Below are positions 20,023 through 26,882 of a stretch of 64,000 bases of DNA, one piece after another. Each line of letters starts with the position of its first letter. The stretch's first letter is position 1. The notes below the pieces were generated by a model. That model had not been told where the DNA came from. It ran no database searches and worked only from the letters and a program-made list of their open reading frames with translations. The stretch spans positions 1 to 64,000 of IMG/VR virus record IMGVR_UViG_3300042892_004373. One strand, written 5' to 3'. The position numbers were made by a program, and so were the translations under genes. The DNA is from a virus.

Positions 20023-20131
20023 AATTAAGACCCTATTACAGGCAGTTGATTACCCCATTCTATTTTGACTTGGATGTTATAGCTTTCACTAATAAATTAG
20101 CTAGAATGCGTCAGCTCATTGAGTCTTAATT
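20023..20131 (-). ncRNA. ~110-nt interrupted rod-like RNA
   Basis: AAUUAAGACUC/GGGUCUUAAUU closing stem and CAUUCUA/UAGAAUG inner stem. Confidence 0.45.
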
Positions 20132-20135
20132 TTAG

Positions 20136-20232
20136 TAGTCTGTACGGGATTCGAACCCGTGTGACCAGCCGCCCCGAAGGACCGCTACCCGTCCTGACTC
20201 ACCGAAGTGAGTATCCGCTAGACGAACAGACC
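20136..20232 (-). ncRNA. tRNA-Glu-bodied RNA copy 1 (D-loop hairpin insert; anticodon arm capped by UUCG)
   Basis: GGUCUGUUCGUCUAGCGG...AGGAC...GGGUUCGAAUCCCGUACAGACUA. Confidence 0.8.
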
Positions 20233-20263
20233 GATAAGTAGTTGCCTACCTAGGTTTTATTTG

Positions 20264-20352
20264 TAGTCTGTACGGGATTCGAACCCGCGTTACCTCCTTC
20301 GAAGGGAGAAGTCCTGACTCACCGAGGTGAGTATCCACTAGACGAACAGACC
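20264..20352 (-). tRNA. tRNA-Glu-bodied RNA copy 2 with UCG (Arg) anticodon and D-loop insert
   Basis: Stem UCUCC/GGAGG, loop CUUCGAA; insert ACUCAC-CUCG-GUGAGU. Confidence 0.75.
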
Positions 20353-20442
20353 GAAGTGTCGTGTTTTGATTACACTAAAGATGAATACTTGTATAAGAAG
20401 TACCAACTTGTCAACATTACAGAAATGACATTTACACTTTAG

Positions 20443-20515
20443 TAGCGGGAGAAGGACTCGAACCTCCGACCTTATGGTTATGAGCCACACGAGCTACCAA
20501 CTGCTCTATCCCGCG
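20443..20515 (-). tRNA. Initiator-type tRNA-Met(CAT)
   Basis: CGCGGGA 5' end with C1xU72 mismatch, loop CUCAUAA; only two G-C pairs at the base of the anticodon stem. Confidence 0.9.
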
Positions 20516-20526
20516 ATATTTTATTG

Positions 20527-20642
20527 TAGTCTGTACGGGATTCGAACCCGCGTTCCTCTCTCGTGACTAAGAGAATGTCCTGTTTACTTTACTTTAATGC
20601 CGAGGCTTTTTGTTCAGTAAACGTCCACTAGACGAACAGACC
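20527..20642 (-). ncRNA. tRNA-Glu-bodied RNA copy 3 (long D-loop insert, 8-nt anticodon loop containing GUC)
   Basis: Same acceptor, D-stem and T-arm; insert closed by GUUUACU/AGUAAAC. Confidence 0.75.
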
Positions 20643-20764
20643 GAAGAGTTGTGCTACGTTTCTTACACCACGAGACGACATTTCAGCCACCACCTACTCT
20701 TATTTTGTTTGACAAAGATACGGTGACTTTTTTAATCTACCAAATCTTTTTTCAATTTTTTTGA

Positions 20765-20901
20765 CCGCATTGAGGGAGTCGAACCCAAATATAAATACAT
20801 TTACTAGTATTTATATTTATAATAACAAGATTAGAACCCATCCCGACTTCATACTAGAATATTAAATTATTATCTAGTTTACTAACTACTTGTTCAACGC
20901 G
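20765..20901 (-). ncRNA. Expanded tRNA-like RNA with possible CUA anticodon and long variable arm
   Basis: 8-bp acceptor CGCGUUGA/UCAAUGCG, G73, GGG-UUCGACU-CCC T-arm, loop UUCUAAU, 12-bp AU-rich variable hairpin. Confidence 0.55.
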
Positions 20902-20908
20902 AATGTTG

Positions 20909-21013
20909 TAGTCTGTAAGGGATTCGAACCCATGTTTACAATCTCTCCATATACCAGGATATTTGAGATTGTCGTCCTATTACCGAAGTAATATACCGCT
21001 AGACGAACAGACC
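20909..21013 (-). ncRNA. tRNA-Glu-bodied RNA copy 4 (UUCG D-loop insert, extended arm with no canonical anticodon loop)
   Basis: Insert UAUUAC-UUCG-GUAAUA; arm ACAAUCUC/GAGAUUGU. Confidence 0.75.
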
Positions 21014-21081
21014 ATTTTATTTTTGTTTGACAAAGATACGGTGACTTTTTTAATCTACGAAATCTTTTTTAATTTTTTTTG

Positions 21082-21168
21082 TGGGAAGAGAGGGATTCGA
21101 ACCACTCGAAGATATATAATCGACTACCTCACCGGTAGCCTACTTTAACCAGGCTTGTATATCTCCCC
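21082..21168 (-). tRNA. Atypical class II (Leu-like body) tRNA with anticodon loop CGGUGAG
   Basis: Acceptor GGGGAGA/UCUUCCC, A73, variable hairpin GAU-UAUAU-AUC, bulged T-stem. Confidence 0.65.
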
Positions 21169-21429
21169 TTATTTGTTTGACAAAGATACGGTGACTTTTT
21201 TAATCTACCAAATCTTTTTTAGATTTTTTTAATTCTTTTTCTTGTAATCTTAAAAGTTTACAAACTTCTGAATAGTGGTAATAAACTCCATCTTGTCCTT
21301 GAACACCTGTCGCATTTTCCATAATGAAATCCCCGATAGGCTTTTTTATATCTTCTAACATTGTTTCTTATTTAGAGTACAAAGATACAAAATTTTTTTA
21401 ATCTACCAAATCTTTTTTATTTTTTTTTT

Positions 21430-21627
21430 CTATTTATATGATTCTTCGGGTAAGAACAACCATAATATAATATATGTCCAAAAAATAGGAAATGTTGTGA
21501 ATAATAGAATAAAAAAAATTACTTTTACTAAAGTTTCATCTATATTAAAGTAATCTGCGAGTCCGCTACAAACTCCTGCAATATTACCATTGCGTTTTCT
21601 CTCTAATCTCTTATTTGTGTTATTCAT
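21430..21627 (-). CDS. PspC-domain protein
   Basis: IAGVCSGLADYFNID plus transmembrane helix and W...PEE. Confidence 0.9.
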   Translation of the reverse strand: MNNTNKRLERKRNGNIAGVCSGLADYFNIDETLVKVIFFILLFTTFPIFWTYIILWLFLPEESYK

Positions 21628-21667
21628 TTATTTAATAATGATTTGTTATAGAACAAAGGTAATAATA

Positions 21668-22135
21668 TTATTTATAAAGACCAAATGTATTTACAAAATA
21701 ATTACAATCTTCTTTTTTTGAAAAATATATGAATGATGTGAAGTCGTTGCCATTTATATATCTTATTGATAAGAGTGTTTTTGACTCCAAAAATGCAGCA
21801 TCGATAGAGTTTAGTGTAAATTTTACCTCTACAATACCATCACATCTTTTTTCATTATTGGCATTGATTTTTATTTTTCTACCATCTGTAAATATAAATA
21901 CAAGTGCATCATCTTTACTACATTCACCTATGTTCAACTTTAAGGTAGTTAGATAGGTTTTAACTGTAAGTCCATCAAATTTTTCAAAAGTTGGCATAAT
22001 AACAAACCACTTATCTCTTTCTTCATTAGAACATATAAGTATTGGTGCACTTATATTTTCAGTTCTAGTGTTTGTTTCTTGTGCATTACTTACAAATGCA
22101 AATAGAATTAGTATTATTGTGATTAGCTTTTTCAT
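21668..22135 (-). CDS. Secreted hypothetical protein
   Basis: Signal peptide ending SNA-Q. Confidence 0.65.
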   Translation of the reverse strand: MKKLITIILILFAFVSNAQETNTRTENISAPILICSNEERDKWFVIMPTFEKFDGLTVKTYLTTLKLNIGECSKDDALVFIFTDGRKIKINANNEKRCDGIVEVKFTLNSIDAAFLESKTLLSIRYINGNDFTSFIYFSKKEDCNYFVNTFGLYK

Positions 22136-22162
22136 ATTTTATTTTATATTTTAATGTATATA

Positions 22163-23227
22163 TTATCCTGAAATATATCTAAATAATAGAAATAATCCAC
22201 AAGAAACTAGAATTGTTACTGGTAACGTAAGAATCCAAGCAGATAATATAGTTTTAATTGTTTTTGTTTTTAAGTTATTTACTCCTTTTGATGCCACCAT
22301 TGACCCTGCAATACCAGAGCTTAATATGTGTGTTGTTGATACTGGTAGCTTAAACGCAGTTGATAATCCGATTGTAATTGCGGCGACTAACTCAGAAGAC
22401 GCTCCTTGTGCATAAGTTAAATGTTGTTTACCAATTTTTTCTCCGATCGTAACAACAATTCTTTTCCATCCAATCATTGTTCCTAATCCTAATGAAGTGG
22501 CAATCATCCACATAACCCACATTGGTGGATTCTCAACATTTTCTAATGTAAATATAGTAGGTAAGAAAGCCATAAGAATAATCATTGCTAAACCAATTCC
22601 TTTTTGACCATCATTTCTTCCGTGAAAGAATGAAACTAATGTACAAGTAGAAATTAAGGTCGCTCTAATCCATAATGGTGGTGGATTATCTCCTTTAGGC
22701 TCTTCAAATACGTCTTTTCTTTTAATAACTTTGTTTAAGAACCACATTAGAAGGATAACCATAGTAAATCCTAATAAAGGTGAGAATGCTAAAGCTTTTC
22801 CTATATCAATAATTTTACCCCAATTAGTATAATCTACTCCTGTTATAATAGAATAACCAACAGAAACTCCGATAATTGATCCAATTAGTGTATGAGAGGA
22901 AGAAGCTGGAATTCCTTTATACCAAGTTGCTAAATTCCAAAGGATTGCAGTTATAAGAATTGACATAACCATTCCCATTGAGTGATAGATGTTAGTATCG
23001 GTAAGTAATTCTTTAGGAATAAGTGTTACAATACTTAATGCAACACCTACACCACCAGTGATAAGACCTAGGAAATTCATAATTCCTGACCAAACAACTG
23101 CTTGTTTAGGTTTTAAAGATTTTGTGTAGATTACTGTGGCAACCGCATTTGCGGTATCGTGAAATCCATTAACGAATTCAAATATACAAACTGCAAGTAA
23201 GGCTAGAATTAGAAAAGTTGTTAACAT
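22163..23227 (-). CDS. PiT-family inorganic phosphate transporter
   Basis: NGFHDTANAVAT, GIPASSSH, HGRNDGQK, PVSTTH. Confidence 0.93.
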   Translation of the reverse strand: MLTTFLILALLAVCIFEFVNGFHDTANAVATVIYTKSLKPKQAVVWSGIMNFLGLITGGVGVALSIVTLIPKELLTDTNIYHSMGMVMSILITAILWNLATWYKGIPASSSHTLIGSIIGVSVGYSIITGVDYTNWGKIIDIGKALAFSPLLGFTMVILLMWFLNKVIKRKDVFEEPKGDNPPPLWIRATLISTCTLVSFFHGRNDGQKGIGLAMIILMAFLPTIFTLENVENPPMWVMWMIATSLGLGTMIGWKRIVVTIGEKIGKQHLTYAQGASSELVAAITIGLSTAFKLPVSTTHILSSGIAGSMVASKGVNNLKTKTIKTILSAWILTLPVTILVSCGLFLLFRYISG

Positions 23228-23274
23228 AAATAGTTTTTTTAAGTATAGTTATTAGAATTAAAAAGTTTAAAAAA

Positions 23275-23465
23275 TAAGTGAGCTTAGCCGCGATTTTGTT
23301 TTATCCCATCATTTATCTTTGCATCAACCCGTTCTCATAGGGAAACCGACACCCTCGAATTGTTTGACTTGCTACTTCCTTAGTACAATCGACATTAGTC
23401 TCCTAAGTTAGGTTTTGTAGTCGCGAACTTCCTCTGTTTCCAGCGATAGGTTCTCTGCTTACTTA
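23275..23465 (-). ncRNA. rnpB: Minimal RNase P RNA (catalytic domain, ~40-nt residual S-domain)
   Basis: GAGGAAGUUCGCGA pairs with ACAAAAUCGCGGCU (P4 with bulged U); AGAUAAAUGAU; P1, P2 and GAAA-capped P3 present. Confidence 0.85.
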
Positions 23466-24371
23466 TTAAAATTGGTGTGTACCTTGATTTACGTTAAACA
23501 CGAAGATACCTTCGTCATACCACATATCTACTACACTTAATCTATCATCATAAACACAAAGTAAGTTATAATTTGGTTTAATATGATTTTCGTATATTTC
23601 TTTTTTAATTAAAGTATCTTTTCTATAATCATCTTTTGGTCTCATATACATTTCATCGAATTCAATACCGTGAAAGTCTAACCATTCCTCGGTAACTTCT
23701 CGACAAACTTCATCACGACCAGTTACGATAATTACTTTTCTACCTTTATCTTTATGAAATTGTAATTGTTCTGATACAATTTCGTTCAAATCATCTTTAT
23801 AAACTTGCATCCAATCGAATGGACCTCTACGACCCATAAGTGCAAGTGTACCATCGATGTCAAATATAACTGCACCTTGTTTAGTGGAGTTAAAATCTGG
23901 GATCAAATGAGGTCTTGTCATTTTTTTGACTGGTTGAAAGTCAAAAGAATCCATTAAAATTTTATATTCTTTATACATTCTATTGATAACAACAGGACCT
24001 ACAGACTTGTCTCTTTGTCTGTCTCGTTCTATCGCCTTGTCTTTTGATATATCAAAAACTTGATAGTCTATATCGGCACTAAACTTAAACTTCTCGATAA
24101 TGTTTTGGATATATTTATCTTTTAGATTAGTATTATCAACGATAACATTCATTTTTTTAAGTAATGATTGCTCAATTGTTGCATCAACTAATTCATTTAT
24201 TATATTCTCAACTTTATTTTCTACAACTCCAGAGTTTTTTAACATTTCTCTAAAGTCGTCTCTACTTACTCTAGTCCAATTATCATTTGTTTTCACAAAA
24301 TCTTTGGCCCATGTAGATTTGCCGGAGGCAGGTACTCCGATAAGTATTTTTATTTTTGTATTTGTCTTCAT
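23466..24371 (-). CDS. Polynucleotide kinase/3'-phosphatase (T4 PseT-like)
   Basis: P-loop GVPASGKST, RDDFR, HAD motif FDIDGT, YDDR. Confidence 0.92.
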   Translation of the reverse strand: MKTNTKIKILIGVPASGKSTWAKDFVKTNDNWTRVSRDDFREMLKNSGVVENKVENIINELVDATIEQSLLKKMNVIVDNTNLKDKYIQNIIEKFKFSADIDYQVFDISKDKAIERDRQRDKSVGPVVINRMYKEYKILMDSFDFQPVKKMTRPHLIPDFNSTKQGAVIFDIDGTLALMGRRGPFDWMQVYKDDLNEIVSEQLQFHKDKGRKVIIVTGRDEVCREVTEEWLDFHGIEFDEMYMRPKDDYRKDTLIKKEIYENHIKPNYNLLCVYDDRLSVVDMWYDEGIFVFNVNQGTHQF

Positions 24372-24433
24372 GATTTTATAATTTATACAAATGTAATCAT
24401 TTAAAATTAAAAAAACCACTCAAAGTGGTTTTT

Positions 24434-24643
24434 TTATCCTCCGTATGCATCGATTATGTAACCATGTTTAACTCTAAAGTTAATTCTATTAGGATTAGCA
24501 TCCATTTCTAGCATTTTTGATTGACCATTTTCTTCTGTTATTCTTACTATAAATCCACCATCTTTAGCGTATTGTGTAGCTTCTTCGATGGTTTTACCCT
24601 CATATTCTCCTCTTGTAATTAAACCAAAATTTCTTAATGCCAT
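24434..24643 (-). CDS. Small protein, protease-inhibitor I78-like
   Basis: MD.NPNRIN pattern. Confidence 0.45.
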   Translation of the reverse strand: MALRNFGLITRGEYEGKTIEEATQYAKDGGFIVRITEENGQSKMLEMDANPNRINFRVKHGYIIDAYGG

Positions 24644-24688
24644 AATTTTTATTATTTTTTCTATTATACAAAAAAAGATAAACAAAGT

Positions 24689-25333
24689 TTATCTTTTTAT
24701 TTCGGCTTTCTTCCAATTTCTAGTCCAGTGAACATCCGTGCTAACGTGGCCTTTTCTTACCCATTTCATTACATTATCTGCGAAGTCGTCATTGTGAAAC
24801 ATTCCTGCAGTTCTTACTACGATACCTTCTCTTTGTCCACCTAATTCAGATGGTTTACTAACTAAATCTTCTACAATTTGTTGTAATTCTTTCACGGAGT
24901 TTACTACACCTTTGAATAAAACAGGTACAGTTGGTATATCTAATAGGTAAGAATACTCTTCTACTTTTTCCCAAGGGATCCAAATATCATTATCTCTGAT
25001 ACCAAAGATATAAAAGTAAGATTCTAGATTAGAGTATTCGATAGAGTGAATACCTTCCATATTTTCTCCGAATAAGAAAACACCGTCTCCTAATTCATCT
25101 TCAACTGATAGTTTGTGTAATTGTCTAACTTCTCTTGACCAAGCAGATGTAGTAAAAGTTGCGTGACTTCTTGCATAAACTCCTTCATCTGTCATTCCAC
25201 AATTTTCACCGTCTAATTTCTCAGTAATAACAATTTCAGTACCTAATAATGATTCTACATTATCAGATATTCTATCATCATTTGTTGATCCTGGTGACCA
25301 TGGCAGGTGGTAGGTTCGATTATACTTACTCAT
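24689..25333 (-). CDS. RNA ligase family protein
   Basis: TEKLDGEN adenylation motif, FGEN, EGIVVR, KWVR. Confidence 0.88.
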   Translation of the reverse strand: MSKYNRTYHLPWSPGSTNDDRISDNVESLLGTEIVITEKLDGENCGMTDEGVYARSHATFTTSAWSREVRQLHKLSVEDELGDGVFLFGENMEGIHSIEYSNLESYFYIFGIRDNDIWIPWEKVEEYSYLLDIPTVPVLFKGVVNSVKELQQIVEDLVSKPSELGGQREGIVVRTAGMFHNDDFADNVMKWVRKGHVSTDVHWTRNWKKAEIKR

Positions 25334-25380
25334 GATTTCTATTTTTTACAAATATATATAAAATAAATAATATATACACT

Positions 25381-25848
25381 ATGAAGTATATTAAATTATT
25401 TGAGGCTAAGACTCAACAAGAAATGAAGCAACAATTTAAAGAAGAGTTTCAAGATTTTTGTGAACAACATTTGGCGTATTTGCTTGATGGTGATGGTGTA
25501 TCTTTAGTTTGTACCAACCATAGTCATGCTTATGGCACTGGAGTAAAAATCTCATTTAAAAAACCATTACATTGGAATCATATAAAAGATCATATTATTC
25601 CATTCTACCATTATTTAGAACAGACATATTACTTAAAGAATAGTTTATTAGAGTTGAAATCACTTGATACTGATGGTGAAGAAGGATCCAAGTATTATGA
25701 TATGAGTGATACTAAGTTTAAGGATTGGTTAGGTAGAAATCTTCCTTATGAATATAGTATGAATAAAATACTAATTTATGATATAAAGATTTATTTAGAT
25801 GAAAAACGAGTTTATGGAAAATTTGATTTAGAAAGATATAAAAAATAA
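25381..25848 (+). CDS. Hypothetical protein with MKYIKLFE tag
   Basis: TAATATATA at 25368-25376. Confidence 0.7.
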   Translation: MKYIKLFEAKTQQEMKQQFKEEFQDFCEQHLAYLLDGDGVSLVCTNHSHAYGTGVKISFKKPLHWNHIKDHIIPFYHYLEQTYYLKNSLLELKSLDTDGEEGSKYYDMSDTKFKDWLGRNLPYEYSMNKILIYDIKIYLDEKRVYGKFDLERYKK

Positions 25849-25878
25849 AAGTCTTACATTTCTGTAAGACTTTTTTTA

Positions 25879-26721
25879 TTATTTACTAAACTCGTCGAAC
25901 TTTAAAAGTTTTGACTCAATTACTACTTCTTTAGTAGAACCGGCACCACCTCTTTTCTCGATGGCTTTCCATTTCTTATCTAAGAAAGCTAACTTAGCTT
26001 TATCGATTTTACAGTTTCTATCTGAAATGTTTCCTTCGTTAAAAAGAGAGATCATTTCATCAATACTTAATGTAGGGTGTTTTTTATCAAATAAAGGGTC
26101 TGGATGTGACCAACCGAATTTGAATAACCAGTTTAACATAGCGGCTTTGCTGAAGTCTTGGTAGTCTGCAGTAGTACCGTTACCTTTTCTCTTAGATAAT
26201 TTAGCATTACCCTCGAAAAGTAAACCAGCGTGTGTGATTGTTGGGAATGTCTTATCTCCTTCTACTTCACAAATCTTATCCCAGATAATTCTTTGTTTAG
26301 CCTCATTTGCAATGTGGTCAACACCTCTGATGATGTTAGTTACATCGTAATCGTAGTCGTCTAAGATAGAACAGAAGTTGTAAGTAGGGAATCCGTTATT
26401 TCTAAGGATAACCATTGAGTACTCTCCCATATCTAACTCGTAACCATTCTCAGTTTTAGTACCGATTTTCTCAGCCACTTCTCTGTAACGGTCTAATCTT
26501 TCAGATTGTCTGAATGTGATGTCGTGATCTAAACCAAAATCCGCCATTTGTTCATAGATATAGTCAATCCATTCTGGTTTATTTCTTTCTTGATCAGTAT
26601 CATCAATTCTTAAAATGAATGTACCGTTATTCGCTCTTGCTTGAAGCCAAACAAGTAATGCCGTTCTTAAAGTTCCTAAGTGGAAAAAGCCAGTTGGAGA
26701 GGGTGCTACTCTTGTTACCAT
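25879..26721 (-). CDS. Minimal glutamyl-tRNA synthetase / GluQ-RS-like catalytic core
   Basis: RVAPSPTG.FHLGT, RIDDTD, PTYNF, IRGVDH, KLSKR; no anticodon-binding domains. Confidence 0.85.
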   Translation of the reverse strand: MVTRVAPSPTGFFHLGTLRTALLVWLQARANNGTFILRIDDTDQERNKPEWIDYIYEQMADFGLDHDITFRQSERLDRYREVAEKIGTKTENGYELDMGEYSMVILRNNGFPTYNFCSILDDYDYDVTNIIRGVDHIANEAKQRIIWDKICEVEGDKTFPTITHAGLLFEGNAKLSKRKGNGTTADYQDFSKAAMLNWLFKFGWSHPDPLFDKKHPTLSIDEMISLFNEGNISDRNCKIDKAKLAFLDKKWKAIEKRGGAGSTKEVVIESKLLKFDEFSK

Positions 26722-26882
26722 AGTATATTTTTTCTTTTGTTTATATATTTAATTTCTTTTACAAAAATATGTCATTTAATTTAGATAACCAAACTTACTT
26801 ATCCATTTTTTGTTATTTTTAATTCTTATAAATTGTGATTTTGATTATAAAATAATAATATATACTTAAAAATATTTTTTTT

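Larger units (their letters stand above)
20703..21220 (-). repeat. Three ~50-bp direct repeats, each a Bacteroidota-type promoter (20703-20752, 21021-21070, 21172-21220)
   Basis: TTTGGTAGATTAAAAAAGTCACCGTATCTTTGTCAAACAAA = -33 TTTG plus -7 TAnnTTTG; partial copies near 21380-21410 and 31713-31743. Confidence 0.85.

Noticed and set aside
20136-21013. CRISPR array suggested by recurring GTAGTCTGTACGGGATTCGAACCC and CTAGACGAACAGACC
   Set aside because: The repeats are the two ends of tRNA-like genes, spacing is irregular and there are no cas genes in the window
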